A stretch of DNA of 32,000 nucleotides from Geobacter sulfurreducens PCA (GCF_000007985.2 NC_002939.5:600001-632000); one strand, 5' to 3'; shown: positions 8,191-22,535, counted from the stretch's first letter. Numbers and translations are program-made. The notes: generated by a model from the letters alone, not told the origin.

Positions 8191-10254
8191 ATGAGCAAGG
8201 AACTGTTTCTCGAAATAGGCACCGAGGAGATCCCCGCCGGCTTCCTGCCCAAGGCCATGGCCGACATGGAGGCCATCGTCACGAAGGAGCTGGAGAACGC
8301 CCGCCTTGCCTTCGGCGAGGTGAAGACCTTCGCCACCCCCCGTCGTCTGGCGCTGGTGGTGAAGGGGCTGCCGACAGTTCAGCCCGATGCCGAGATTACC
8401 GCCCTGGGGCCGGCCAGGAACATCGCCTTCGGTCCCGACGGCACGCCGTCCAAGGCGGCCGAGGGCTTCGCCCGTGGCCAGGGGGTCGACGTGGCGTCCC
8501 TGACCCTGGTCTCCACCGAGAAGGGCGAATACGTGGCCGCTGTCCGCAAGGAGAGCGGCCGGCCGGTACCGGACCTCCTCGCCGAGATCCTGCCGCGGCT
8601 GGTGGGGGGCATCCCGTTCCGCAAGTCCATGCGCTGGGCTGATCTGGACGTGCGTTTCGCCCGCCCGATCCACTGGATCGTGGCCCTGTTCGACGGGGTC
8701 GTCGTCCCCTTCGCCTTCGGCAACGTCCAGAGCGGCAATGTCTCGCGGGGGCACCGGTTCATGGCCAACCAGCCGTTCCCGGTCCGTGACTTCGCCCACT
8801 ACCTGGACGAGTGCGAGCGGCACTTCGTGATCCCCGATCCCGAGCGGCGAAAGGAAACCATCCGCCGGGAGATCCACCGGGTTGCCAAGACCGCCGGTGG
8901 CCACCTCCTCCCCGACGAGGGACTCCTGGACGAGGTTGCTTACCTGGTGGAGTACCCCAGCGTGGTCCACGGCACCTTCTCGCCCGATTTTCTCAAGGTT
9001 CCCCGCGAGGTGCTCATCACCTCCATGCGGAGCCACCAGCGCTACTTCTCCATCGTCGACGACGCCGGCAAGCTCATGCCCGGTTTCATCACCATCAACA
9101 ATACCCTGACCGAGGACCCCTCCGTGGTGGTCAAGGGGAACGAGCGCGTCCTGCGCGCCCGCCTCTCCGACGCCCGCTTCTTCTTCGAGGAAGATCAGAA
9201 GGTGAAGCTGGAGACCCGGGTGGAGTCCTTGAAAAACGTGGTCTACCAGCAGAAGCTCGGCACCTCCTACGAGAAGATGGAGCGCTTTCGCGCCCTGGCC
9301 GAGGGGCTGGCCGACCTCCTCAATCCGGCGGTTAAGGCCAAGACATCCCGGGCCGCCTTCCTCTGCAAGGCCGACCTGGTTTCGGGTATGGTCGGTGAGT
9401 TCCCCGAGGTACAGGGGATCATGGGCCGTGAGTATGCCCTGCTCCAAGGCGAAGACGCCGAAGTTGCCGCCGCCATCGCCGAGCACTACCTCCCCACCCA
9501 GGCCGGTGGGGACCTCCCCGCATCCGACATCGGCGCCTTCGTCTCCATCGCCGACAAGCTCGATACCATCTGCGGCTGCTTCGGGGTGGGGCTGATCCCC
9601 ACCGGTTCGGCCGATCCCTATGCCCTGCGCCGTTCGGCCCTGGGCATCATCAACATCATTCTCGACCGGGGCTGCCGCCTCTCGCTGGAAGGAGAGATCG
9701 GGAAGGCCCTGGAACTCCTCTCCGCCAAACTGACCCGCCCCGCCGCCGAGGTGATGGCTGATGTGCTGGAATTCTTCCGGGGCCGGTTCGTGAACCTCAT
9801 GGCCGACCGCTATCCGGCCGATGCCGTGGACGCGGCCATTGCCGCCGGCTTCGACGACCTGGTGGACGCCGAGGCCCGCATCGGCGCACTGGCGGCCTTC
9901 AAGGGGCGCCCGGATTTCGACTCCCTGGCAGTGGCCTTCAAACGGGTCTGCAACATCGTCAAGGACGGGGTCGATCAGCCCGTGGATGCCGCCCTGTTCC
10001 AGGAGCCGGCCGAGGGTGCCCTGTTCGCGGCGTTCCAGCAGGTCCGCGCCGACGTGGAGGCCCGCACCGCATCCGGCGATTACCTGGCTGCGCTCACCGG
10101 TATTGCCGCTCTCAAGGGCGCCGTGGACGACTTCTTCGACAAGGTGATGGTTATGGCCGAGGACGAACGGGTCCGAACAAACCGGTTAGCATTGCTGACC
10201 GGGATCGCCCGGCTCTTCGGAGGCGTCGCGGACTTCGCGAAGATAGCCGCCTAG
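8191..10254 (+). CDS. glyS: Glycine--tRNA ligase beta subunit
   Basis: 687 aa. N-terminus LFLEIGTEEIPAGF and blocks TPRRLA, FRKSMRW, MRSHQRYF. The start lies 1 nt after the glyQ stop. Confidence 0.95.
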   Translation: MSKELFLEIGTEEIPAGFLPKAMADMEAIVTKELENARLAFGEVKTFATPRRLALVVKGLPTVQPDAEITALGPARNIAFGPDGTPSKAAEGFARGQGVDVASLTLVSTEKGEYVAAVRKESGRPVPDLLAEILPRLVGGIPFRKSMRWADLDVRFARPIHWIVALFDGVVVPFAFGNVQSGNVSRGHRFMANQPFPVRDFAHYLDECERHFVIPDPERRKETIRREIHRVAKTAGGHLLPDEGLLDEVAYLVEYPSVVHGTFSPDFLKVPREVLITSMRSHQRYFSIVDDAGKLMPGFITINNTLTEDPSVVVKGNERVLRARLSDARFFFEEDQKVKLETRVESLKNVVYQQKLGTSYEKMERFRALAEGLADLLNPAVKAKTSRAAFLCKADLVSGMVGEFPEVQGIMGREYALLQGEDAEVAAAIAEHYLPTQAGGDLPASDIGAFVSIADKLDTICGCFGVGLIPTGSADPYALRRSALGIINIILDRGCRLSLEGEIGKALELLSAKLTRPAAEVMADVLEFFRGRFVNLMADRYPADAVDAAIAAGFDDLVDAEARIGALAAFKGRPDFDSLAVAFKRVCNIVKDGVDQPVDAALFQEPAEGALFAAFQQVRADVEARTASGDYLAALTGIAALKGAVDDFFDKVMVMAEDERVRTNRLALLTGIARLFGGVADFAKIAA

Positions 10255-10275
10255 CTCATGCTAGGCGGTTTTTTT
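10247..10275 (+). terminator. Rho-independent terminator after glyS
   Basis: CCGCCTAGC-tcat-GCTAGGCGG followed by TTTTTTT. Confidence 0.8.
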
Positions 10276-10374
10276 ATCGTTTTAATTTCCCTAAATACCG
10301 CTTGAGCAGCATTAAAAAAAATTTATCGCAGCTGAACGGGTTTGACCGTCAGTAAAAACTCAAGGAGGCGTGCA

Positions 10375-13041
<2,667 letters not shown>

Positions 13042-13053
13042 CAGAGTGCATCA

Positions 13054-13086
13054 GCGGGGGGGACAGGGTCTCCCCCGCTTTTTTTC
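13054..13086 (+). terminator. Rho-independent terminator after ppdK
   Basis: GCGGGGGGGA...TCCCCCGC stem followed by a T-run (tttttttt). Confidence 0.8.
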
Positions 13087-13100
13087 GGCCAAATATCAGC

Positions 13101-13130
13101 TTGACAGGCCGTGTGTATTGGTGCTAGAAA
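13101..13130 (+). promoter_or_regulatory. Candidate sigma-70 promoter of csp gene (TTGACA-N18-TAGAAA with TG upstream)
   Basis: TTGACA at 13101-13106 and TGcTAGAAA at 13122-13130. This leaves a 5' UTR of about 65 nt, as usual for cold-shock genes. Confidence 0.5.
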
Positions 13131-13198
13131 GCGAAAAATTCGTCCGGGCTCACCCAAAGCCCCATTATGCCGCTGGCAGTAACAGGAGGAGAGGAGTA

Positions 13199-13399
13199 AT
13201 GGCTAAAGGTGTGGTGAAATGGTTCAATGACAGCAAGGGGTATGGCTTTATCGAGCAGGAAAACGGCGAGGATGTGTTTGTTCATTTTTCCTCGATCCAG
13301 GGCGACGGGTTCAAGACCTTGGTCGAAGGACAGGCGGTGACCTTTGATGTGGTTCAGGGGGCCAAGGGCCTCCAGGCGGCCAATGTCATGAAGGCGTAG
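13199..13399 (+). CDS. cspA: Cold-shock protein, CspA family (66 aa)
   Basis: [33 protein letters not shown] carries the RNP1/RNP2 motifs. SD aggaggagaggag lies upstream. The long track ORF 12914..13399 is an unsupported 5' extension. Confidence 0.95.
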   Translation: MAKGVVKWFNDSKGYGFIEQENGEDVFVHFSSIQGDGFKTLVEGQAVTFDVVQGAKGLQAANVMKA

Positions 13400-13430
13400 G
13401 CAGCACATCCGCACACGGTTGCGCATTGCG

Positions 13431-13457
13431 AAGCCCCGGGGGAACCCGGGGCTTTTT
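13431..13457 (+). terminator. Rho-independent terminator after csp
   Basis: AAGCCCCGGG-ggaa-CCCGGGGCTT followed by TTTT. Confidence 0.85.
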
Positions 13458-13514
13458 GCGTGTTCAGAGTGCGGGAATGAACGGATGATCGTCGCAGTGT
13501 ATTCATCTTGCTAA

Positions 13515-13533
13515 AACAATTTTATAAATTGTT
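13515..13533. promoter_or_regulatory. Perfect palindrome AACAATTT-tat-AAATTGTT abutting the sigma-28 -35 element (operator candidate)
   Basis: 8-bp arms are exact reverse complements with a 3-nt spacer, located in an AT-rich island upstream of the MCP. Confidence 0.4.
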
Positions 13534-13559
13534 AAAGGTCTGGGGAGGCCTGCCGATAC
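13533..13559 (+). promoter_or_regulatory. Sigma-28 (FliA) class promoter: TAAA-N15-GCCGATA
   Basis: TAAAGGTC (13533-13540), 11 nt, then GCCGATAC (13552-13559), against the consensus TAAAGTTT-N11-GCCGATAA. It lies about 40 nt upstream of the MCP ATG. Confidence 0.7.
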
Positions 13560-13569
13560 AATAAGATAA

Positions 13570-15690
<2,121 letters not shown>

Positions 15691-15702
15691 GGCCGGCTCC
15701 GG

Positions 15703-17481
15703 TTACCGGACCTTGAAGCCGGCCATGGCCTCGGTGAGCCCTTCTGTCTGGCGCGCAAGTCGGGAGACGGCCTCTTCCATGAGCCGGGTCGTATCGAGAC
15801 CGTTGACCGCAGTAGTCTCCATGTTTTCAACTGCTTCAACGATCTTCTGGCTGTTTTCCGCCTGAACCTGGGATGCCTGGCGGATGGTTGAGATCATGTG
15901 CGTCACACCTTCACTGGAGCGGACGATGTGGGTACTGGTATCGCGCTGTTCCCGGGTGGAACTGAAGACGCGCCCCGTGAGGCTCTTCATGCGGTCCGCA
16001 GCCTCGGTGATCAACTCGGTGCCGTGGGCCTGCTCCTGGGTGGCGCGCATGATCTGCTCGACCATTTCCGCAACCCGTTCCATGGCCCGGCGCATATTTT
16101 CGCTGCCCTGGGCCTGCTCAACGGTCGTCCGCGCGATCTCGCCCACCTGGTCGACCGCCATTTTCACCCCGTCCACGATCTTTTCGAGCGCCTCACCCGA
16201 ACGGTAGGAGAGCGTTTCCCCCTCGCCGATCCGGTCTTCCGCCTGCTTGATGGCCTGAACCGCCCGAACCGTTTCCTCCCGGAGTCCCGAGATGATTTCT
16301 GCGATTTCTCCGGTGGAACTGGTGGTCCGTTTGGCAAGTTCCTTGATTTCGTTCGCCACCACGGCGAAACCCTTGCCGTGTTCCCCGGCTTGGGCTGCGA
16401 TGATGGAGGCATTGAGGGCCAGGAGCTTGGTCTGCTCCGCGATTTCGTTGATGACCGAGATGATGGTGCCGATGTCGCCGACCCGGTGGGAGAGGGTGGT
16501 AATGGTGTCAGAGGCACTGCGGGAGGAACGGCGGATCTCGCTGATGCCCGAGATGGTCCGGTCAACCGAGTCACGTCCCAGTTCCGCATCGCGCAGCACT
16601 TCTTCCGAAATGGCGGCGGTTTCCAGGGCGCTTTTCTCCACCTGCCTGATGGACAGATCCATTTCGGCAACGAGCGAGGCGGTGCGGGACGCATCCTCCA
16701 TGAGCACCCGGACGCTTCTGCCTATTTCCTTTTCCGCAGCCGCCATCTGGATGATGGATGAACTCACCTCGTCTACCTCCCGGGCAAGCCCTTCCATGTG
16801 CTCCGCCACCACCTCGATGCTCGTTGACATCTGGACGATGGCGGCGGCATTCTCGGAGGCCGTGCGCGACAGGCTTTCCACCGACTGGGCGACCTCGTTC
16901 ACCGACCGGTCGATGGCGCGGATGCCGTCGGTCGTCCGCTGCACTGCCCCTGTCTGGACTTCCGCCGTGTCGAGCCCACGCTCAACCGCGTCCTTGACCG
17001 TGGCCGAGATGGCCCGCAGCTCTTCGACGGCCTCCTTGACCCGGGTGACCATGCCCGCCAGGCGGCCGAACATGGCATTAAAGTTGTCGGTTAGCTGCCC
17101 GAGTTCGTCGGACGATTCATCAGTGACGGTGACCGTGAGGTCTCCTTCGGCGCCGCGGTCCATGGCAGATGCCAGATTGTTGACACGAACCACCAGTTTT
17201 CTGGCGGAAAGCATCCAGAGGGCGAAGAGCGACAGCAGGGCGTTGCACCCGAGCATGCCCGCCAGAAGGTGCGCATGTCCCCTGTCGTAGCCGGCTGCTG
17301 GTGCATAGTTAAGCGCCATGACTGCTCCCGCCGTTCCCACGATAAAGCCGGCGGTGAGCGAGAAACGAATGAGTCTGGACCCCAGGCTGAGATTCTTTGC
17401 CACGGCAATCTCCCGGTATATGGTGGTGGTAAGGTGTGCGGAATGCTGACGCAATACGTCAAGTTGCGAGGTTGTATGCAA
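15703..17481 (-). CDS. Methyl-accepting chemotaxis protein (two closely spaced TMs, minimal periplasmic loop, HAMP, long MA domain)
   Basis: HAMP ([25 protein letters not shown]) and MA core [34 protein letters not shown]. The start is uncertain: ATG 17481, or GTG 17403 which has SD gggaga. Confidence 0.85.
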   Translation of the reverse strand: MHTTSQLDVLRQHSAHLTTTIYREIAVAKNLSLGSRLIRFSLTAGFIVGTAGAVMALNYAPAAGYDRGHAHLLAGMLGCNALLSLFALWMLSARKLVVRVNNLASAMDRGAEGDLTVTVTDESSDELGQLTDNFNAMFGRLAGMVTRVKEAVEELRAISATVKDAVERGLDTAEVQTGAVQRTTDGIRAIDRSVNEVAQSVESLSRTASENAAAIVQMSTSIEVVAEHMEGLAREVDEVSSSIIQMAAAEKEIGRSVRVLMEDASRTASLVAEMDLSIRQVEKSALETAAISEEVLRDAELGRDSVDRTISGISEIRRSSRSASDTITTLSHRVGDIGTIISVINEIAEQTKLLALNASIIAAQAGEHGKGFAVVANEIKELAKRTTSSTGEIAEIISGLREETVRAVQAIKQAEDRIGEGETLSYRSGEALEKIVDGVKMAVDQVGEIARTTVEQAQGSENMRRAMERVAEMVEQIMRATQEQAHGTELITEAADRMKSLTGRVFSSTREQRDTSTHIVRSSEGVTHMISTIRQASQVQAENSQKIVEAVENMETTAVNGLDTTRLMEEAVSRLARQTEGLTEAMAGFKVR

Positions 17482-17513
17482 ATGGCATTCCCGACATGAT
17501 GGCCGGAACGGCG

Positions 17514-18788
17514 TTACCCAAAAGAATAAACGCGCGCTCCTCCCTGGTAGAGTTCGATGGGGCCATCCTCGGAAACCTTGATGACCCTCCCCGAAAAGGA
17601 AGCTGCCGTGGCCGCGGTAGTACGGCCGCCGCCGGTCACCAGTTCCCGGGCGTGGGAGGTGTCAATGATGACCCCCGTGTCCAGCAGCCTGCCACGGCGG
17701 CTGAAGACGGTCATGCCGTCGGACGAGAGGAGTCGCATCAGTTCGCCCGATTGCTTGAGCTGGCTGATGGTCTTTCCTTTCACCCGCTTCGCCAACATCA
17801 TGCCAAGGGGGTCGTCGCCCCCCACCGAGCCCCGCTTGAGACGGGCAAGTTGCCGGTCCCCCCGCTCCAGGATCAGCACTACCGTGCCGTGGCGGGCTTT
17901 GGAAAGCGTATAGAGGGTCCAGGCCAGTTCCTCGATTTCCTCCGGATCGAGGCAGCCGGCCAGGAACGAGCGGAAGATGTCTGGATCAAAAATGCCCCAT
18001 TGCCCCCTGCGTCGCACCAGGAGTTTGTCGGGGCAGATGATGGCTTCGATTTCCGATGACTCGTTGACTTTGACCGCAAAGGCGCCGGCCCCGGCGTTTC
18101 GGAGCAGGGCGAAGACGCTGCGGTGGGCATGGCGGTCCACCTCATCCCGTTCGGCAAGGCCGCTGGGCTTGACGATACCGGTGAGCTGCATCTGGACATT
18201 GGCGGCAAACAGCGAATTGGTTCCATCGATGAAGCGGTAGGTGATGGGATTGTCGAAAAGAGTGGGCGTCAGCGCCTGCTGGGGATTCAGATCGAGCCAT
18301 GCGCTCTTCTGGTAGCGCACCCGTTTGCGGAACTCCACCAGCGTTGTCCGGTATACGAGGAAGCCGGTGGTGGCGGGCTTCCCCTCGTAGCGCTGGTAGG
18401 AGAGGTTCTTGAGGAGCTGGATCAACTGCTGGATGGACCAGAATGCCTTGCGGTGGTCGCCCCGGAGGAAGCGGGCCACCGTGATGTCCATCAGGGAGGC
18501 CAGGAGTGCGGTGCGAAAGTGAGCTGCATAGCCCTCCTGTCTGAACCCCGAGTAGAGCACGGCAAAGGCGGCTACCAGTTCGCCGCAGAAAACTTCCTCG
18601 GTGCGGGTGAAGGGAATGGAGTGCCGGCACGCCGAAAAGAGGTAGGTGACCTCATCGACGACCATGGGTTTGCGCAGGACGTGCCCCTCTTCGGCTTCTT
18701 CCTCTCCCGGCCCCGTGAGGGCAACCCGGGCTCCGCCGAGCAGTCCCTGGAGGCTCGGCTTGATGGCATCGAAAACGTCTATGGGCAT
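17514..18788 (-). CDS. Hypothetical protein with C-terminal divergent DisA_N / diadenylate-cyclase (DAC)-like domain
   Basis: The C-terminal ~140 aa follow the DAC block order: [12 protein letters not shown] (cf GALIVIER), SSDGMTVF (cf HDGAVII), [12 protein letters not shown] (cf GTRHRAA), [10 protein letters not shown] (cf VSEETG). The N-terminal ~270 aa are unrecognised. An extended -10 TGgTAGAAT and SD ggag lie upstream. Confidence 0.65.
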   Translation of the reverse strand: MPIDVFDAIKPSLQGLLGGARVALTGPGEEEAEEGHVLRKPMVVDEVTYLFSACRHSIPFTRTEEVFCGELVAAFAVLYSGFRQEGYAAHFRTALLASLMDITVARFLRGDHRKAFWSIQQLIQLLKNLSYQRYEGKPATTGFLVYRTTLVEFRKRVRYQKSAWLDLNPQQALTPTLFDNPITYRFIDGTNSLFAANVQMQLTGIVKPSGLAERDEVDRHAHRSVFALLRNAGAGAFAVKVNESSEIEAIICPDKLLVRRRGQWGIFDPDIFRSFLAGCLDPEEIEELAWTLYTLSKARHGTVVLILERGDRQLARLKRGSVGGDDPLGMMLAKRVKGKTISQLKQSGELMRLLSSDGMTVFSRRGRLLDTGVIIDTSHARELVTGGGRTTAATAASFSGRVIKVSEDGPIELYQGGARVYSFG

Positions 18789-18905
18789 CGGTGCTCCGCT
18801 GATTGTAGGGTCAATAGTATCGGTACCATTCTACCACCGGGCCGGTCAACTACAATCAATGCCTTGCCGGCGCCGGAAAACCACCGGACCGTTTGCCGGC
18901 AAAGA

Positions 18906-18936
18906 AAAAGGGGAATGGATTACCCATTCCCCTTTT
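18906..18936. terminator. Strong hairpin terminator (functions for the minus-strand small ORF; symmetric A/T flanks)
   Basis: AAAAGGGGAATGG-atta-CCCATTCCCCTTTT. It sits 8 nt downstream of the second stop of the 18944..19090 ORF. Confidence 0.8.
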
Positions 18937-18943
18937 CAGTGGC

Positions 18944-19090
18944 TCAGTCGCCGCAACCGCAAGAATGCATCTCTCGTCCGCCAAACGGCGCTTTCTTGCC
19001 GCACTTCTGGCACCGCCAGAAGAGGCCCCCTCACCCCGGCAGCAGGAGCATAAGCCCCTGACATTCAGGGCAGTTTTTCTGTGTTTCCAT
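18944..19090 (-). CDS. 48-codon zinc-ribbon-like ORF containing an in-frame TGA at codon 20 (Sec/readthrough candidate or nonsense pseudogene)
   Basis: Manual translation of the minus strand gives METQKNCPECQGLMLLLPG-TGA-GGLFWRCQKCGKKAPFGGREMHSCGCGD-stop. The CPEC...CQKC pairs lie on either side of the TGA (19033..19031). G-rich SD gacggggg lies upstream and a terminator directly follows the distal stop. Confidence 0.4.
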
Positions 19091-19165
19091 AGAATACCCC
19101 CGTCAGTTATTCACTCGCTAACGAGAGGAAGTGCAAAAATAGTGTCAATAATATGATAATTTATA

Positions 19166-19822
19166 TTATTTAACGGTAACCCGGATCGCCGCCACGCCGA
19201 CGACCTCGGCTTCCACGGCGTCTCCCGCCGCGAGGGGGCCGACGCCGGCGGGGGTCCCGGTCAGGATCACGTCTCCCGGTTCCAGGGTGAAAACTCCCGA
19301 CATGTAACTGAGGATCTGGGGAATCCGGTGGATCATGAGGGAAGAGGAGCCGTCCTGGCGCATCTCTCCGTTCACCCGGAGGGTAATGTGCAGGTCGTGG
19401 GGATCGGCCACCCGGTCTGCCGGGACAAAAGAGGAAAGGGGGCAGGAGGTGTCGAATCCCTTGGCGATCTCCCAGGGCAACCCCTTCTTCTTCAATTCGG
19501 CCTGCACGTCCCGCAGCGTCAAATCGATGGCAACCCCGTAACCGGCCACATGCTCCAGTGCCCGTTCGGGCGGGATGTCTTTCCCCCCTTTTCCGATGAG
19601 GAGCGCCAGCTCGGCCTCATGGTGACATTCGCGCGAATAGGAGGGGATGATGATGGTTTCCCCGTCGCCGATGACGGCCGTGGCGGGCTTCATGAAAACA
19701 ACCGGCGCGTCGGGAGTTTCGTTGCCCAACTCCTTGATGTGCTCGGCGTAATTGCGGCCGATGCAGAGTATCTTGCCGATGGGAAACTCATTCCCCGACG
19801 GGGAAAGCCTGGCGGTTTTCAT
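19166..19822 (-). CDS. Fumarylacetoacetate hydrolase (FAH) family protein
   Basis: FAH-fold blocks KILCIGRNYAEH, VFMKP, EAELALLIGK, LTLRDVQ, GDVILTGTPAGVG. Confidence 0.85.
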   Translation of the reverse strand: MKTARLSPSGNEFPIGKILCIGRNYAEHIKELGNETPDAPVVFMKPATAVIGDGETIIIPSYSRECHHEAELALLIGKGGKDIPPERALEHVAGYGVAIDLTLRDVQAELKKKGLPWEIAKGFDTSCPLSSFVPADRVADPHDLHITLRVNGEMRQDGSSSLMIHRIPQILSYMSGVFTLEPGDVILTGTPAGVGPLAAGDAVEAEVVGVAAIRVTVK

Positions 19823-19849
19823 CTCGTGCCTCCTTGGGGTGGATGAGGT

Positions 19850-20809
19850 CTACAGGTTGCCGACGCGGCAGTGCTCCCGGTCGAGCCTGCACCCCTGCCA
19901 GGTGCCGCGCCGACGCAGCTCGTTCACGATTGCGTACCACATCTGGTTGTTCTTCAGGTTCCAGGTGGGCGCCACCCGGATGGCGAGGGGGGCCGAGCCG
20001 TAGAGTCGCTGGACGGCAATGCGGGGGGGAAGAAGCTCCAGGAAGTCGCAGGCCGTGGTCACGTACTCAGCAAGGGTTATCGGCACGAATTCGCGCCGAT
20101 GGTAGAGTTCGGCCAGACGGGTTCCCTTTACCGCATGGAGCTGGTGGAGCTTCACCGAGTCCACCGGGAGTCCTGCCAGCAGGTGCGCGGTTTTCAGGAA
20201 TCCTTCGCGGGTTTCGCCGGGAAAGCCGTAAATGAGATGGGTGCAGAGGGCGATGCCGCGTCCCGCGATCCGATCCACGGTTCGGAGGTACTCGTCCAGG
20301 GTGTGGCCCCGGTTGATCCGCTCCAGGATGGCGTCGTCCATGGACTGAAGCCCCAGTTCAATGCAGACGTAGTGCTCCTGCGCCAGATCGGCCAGTAGCT
20401 CAAGGGCCTCGTCCGCCAGGGCGTCGGGCCTGGTGCCCACCGAAATCCCCACCACGTCGGGATGGGACAGGGCGCGGGTATACAGGTCCCGCAAACGGGC
20501 AGCCGGCGCGTAGGTGTTGGTGAACTTCTGGAAGTAGATGATGAACTTCTCGCTTCCCAGCCGTTGCCGGTGGTAGGCCATGCCCTCGGCCATCTGCAGT
20601 TCGATCGACTTGTCGGGGACGGTGCCGCCGGGGGAAAAGGAGGCGTTGTCGCAGTAGATGCAGCCGCCGGTGCCGCGGCTGCCGTCGCGATTGGGGCAGG
20701 TGAAGCCGCCGTCCACGTTCACCTTGCTCACGTTGCAGCCGAAGCGGCGGCGCAGCCAGGTGCCGTAGGAGTGGAAGCGAAGCTCGGGATGTATGAACAG
20801 GTCTGACAT
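19850..20809 (-). CDS. Radical SAM protein, TIGR01212 (YhcC-like) family
   Basis: GGFTCPNRDGSRGTGGCIYC cluster plus YFQKFTNTY, GTRPD, ELGLQS, RINRGH blocks match the E. coli YhcC layout as I recall it. Confidence 0.85.
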   Translation of the reverse strand: MSDLFIHPELRFHSYGTWLRRRFGCNVSKVNVDGGFTCPNRDGSRGTGGCIYCDNASFSPGGTVPDKSIELQMAEGMAYHRQRLGSEKFIIYFQKFTNTYAPAARLRDLYTRALSHPDVVGISVGTRPDALADEALELLADLAQEHYVCIELGLQSMDDAILERINRGHTLDEYLRTVDRIAGRGIALCTHLIYGFPGETREGFLKTAHLLAGLPVDSVKLHQLHAVKGTRLAELYHRREFVPITLAEYVTTACDFLELLPPRIAVQRLYGSAPLAIRVAPTWNLKNNQMWYAIVNELRRRGTWQGCRLDREHCRVGNL

Positions 20810-20812
20810 GGC

Positions 20813-21454
20813 TTACTCGTCTCGGGTTCGGGGCGGCAGGAGCGCAAGGAGCGCCCGGGCGCGTTCCCTGGGGTCCGGGTCGGCGATGATGGCAGAAATC
20901 AGGGCAACCCCTGCCGCACCGGCAGCCAGCGCCTCGGGGATGTTCGCCTCCTTGATTCCTCCCAAGGCGAACACCGGAATGTGTATCTCCTTCGTCGTTG
21001 CGGCCAGTTGGTCAATGCCCACCGGCTCACCGTAGGCTGCTTTCGACGGGGTGGGGTAGACCGGCCCGAACGTGATGAAGTCTGCCCCCTGTGCTACGGC
21101 TGCTGCTGCCCCGCCGCGGCCGTGACACGAAACACCGATGAGTCGCCCGGAACCGAGCAGTTCCCGCGCCACGGCAGCCGGCATGCCCTCCTCGCCCAGG
21201 TGAACGCCGTCGGCTCCCGCGGCCAGGGCGATGTCGACCCGGTCGTTGATCAGGAGCCTGGCCCCGAAGCGGTCGGTGAGGCGGCGCATGGCCCGGGCCA
21301 GCTCAAGCAGCGTCCGGGCCGGCAGGTCCTTTTCCCTGAGTTGAACGCACCGCACGCCACCGGCCAGGGCTCCCTCGACCACGGCGAGCAGGTCCCTGCC
21401 ACCAGCCTGGTGGCGGTCGGTGATCAGGTAGAGCGAAAAATCGACCTTAGCCAA
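20813..21454 (-). CDS. thiE: Thiamine-phosphate synthase
   Basis: LYLITDR..., [43 protein letters not shown] blocks. Confidence 0.9.
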   Translation of the reverse strand: MAKVDFSLYLITDRHQAGGRDLLAVVEGALAGGVRCVQLREKDLPARTLLELARAMRRLTDRFGARLLINDRVDIALAAGADGVHLGEEGMPAAVARELLGSGRLIGVSCHGRGGAAAAVAQGADFITFGPVYPTPSKAAYGEPVGIDQLAATTKEIHIPVFALGGIKEANIPEALAAGAAGVALISAIIADPDPRERARALLALLPPRTRDE

Positions 21455-22229
21455 TCATCCCCTCGATGGGGCTCGATGCCGTGGCATAGAGTTTCTTGGG
21501 AATGCGTCCCGCCAGGTAGGCGAGCCGGCCGGCCCGCACCGCCATGTTCATTGCCTCTGCCATGGCGATGGGATCCCTGGCGCCGGCGATGCCGGTATTC
21601 ATGAGAACTCCGTCGATGCCCAACTCCATGGCGATGGCGGCGTCGGAGGCGGTGCCGACACCGGCATCGACGATGACCGGCACCTTGACCGTTTCCTTGA
21701 TGATCAGGATGTTGTACGGATTCCGAATGCCCAGGCCGCTGCCGATGGGGGCGCCCAGCGGCATGACCGCGGCACAGCCGATATCTTCAAGCTTTTTGCA
21801 GACAATGGGATCGTCGCTGGTGTAGGGAAGGACGGTAAACCCTTCCTTCACCAAGATTTTTGCTGCCTTGAGCAGTTCTTCATTGTCAGGGAAGAGGGTC
21901 TTCTCGTCGCCGAGCACCTCCAGCTTCACCAGATCGCTCATGCCGGCCTCCCGGGCCAGTCGGCAGGTTCTGACCGCGTCATCGGCCGTGTAGCAGCCGG
22001 CGGTGTTGGGCAGGAGCGTGTACTTTTTCGGATCGATGAAGTCAAGCAGGCACCCTTTGCCCCGGTCGGCCAGATTCACCCGACGTACCGCCACCGTAAT
22101 GATTTCTGCGCCTGAAACCTCCAGGGCCTTGATCATCTGCTCGTTGCTGGCGTACTTGCCGGTGCCGACCATGAGGCGGGAGGAAAACTCGCGGCCGGCG
22201 ATGACCAGTTTATCGGCTGCATTGGACAT
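21447..22229 (-). CDS. thiG: Thiazole synthase
   Basis: [62 protein letters not shown] blocks. Overlaps thiE by 8 nt. Confidence 0.95.
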   Translation of the reverse strand: MSNAADKLVIAGREFSSRLMVGTGKYASNEQMIKALEVSGAEIITVAVRRVNLADRGKGCLLDFIDPKKYTLLPNTAGCYTADDAVRTCRLAREAGMSDLVKLEVLGDEKTLFPDNEELLKAAKILVKEGFTVLPYTSDDPIVCKKLEDIGCAAVMPLGAPIGSGLGIRNPYNILIIKETVKVPVIVDAGVGTASDAAIAMELGIDGVLMNTGIAGARDPIAMAEAMNMAVRAGRLAYLAGRIPKKLYATASSPIEGMIG

Positions 22230-22300
22230 GGTGTAATCTCCTTGAAGTGTTTGAATCGCGACGCATTGTCGGGCGCTGGGGCGGACCGATGCGGCCGACC

Positions 22301-22498
22301 TTACCCGCCACCTACGAAGTGGACGATTTCCAGTGCGTCGCCGTCCTTGAGGACGGTGGCCTGGTACTCCGCCTTGGGCAGGATGTCCATGTTCAACTCC
22401 ACTGCGACCCTGCGCGGATCGATGTCGATGGAGTGGAGAAAGTCATGGACGTTCATGGTTGCGATGCTCTTGGCTTCGCCGTTGACGGTTATGTTCAT
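22301..22498 (-). CDS. thiS: Sulfur-carrier protein ThiS (65 aa, C-terminal GG)
   Basis: [10 protein letters not shown]...[11 protein letters not shown] aggagg precedes ATG 22498. The track start 22537 would lie inside the riboswitch terminator. Confidence 0.85.
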   Translation of the reverse strand: MNITVNGEAKSIATMNVHDFLHSIDIDPRRVAVELNMDILPKAEYQATVLKDGDALEIVHFVGGG

Positions 22499-22535
22499 GG
22501 GGCCTCCTGTCGGGATACGGTGGGGTTGTGTAAAC

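Noticed and set aside
15691-15702. 12-nt gap between the convergent MCP genes as a terminator
   Set aside because: Only a short CCGG-based stem without T-runs is possible. There is not enough sequence for a canonical terminator, so none is called.
19132-19147. Sigma-54-like motif TGACACTATTTTTGCA (minus strand) upstream of the zinc-ribbon mini-ORF
   Set aside because: Spacing and the -12 TTGCA fit, but the nearly invariant -24 GG is GA. I do not call it a promoter without transcript data.
19850-20809. Radical SAM gene in the thi operon as ThiH
   Set aside because: The sequence follows the YhcC/TIGR01212 pattern (CPNRDG..GGCIYC, GTRPD, RINRGH) rather than the ThiH/HydG tyrosine-lyase pattern, so it is not called thiH.
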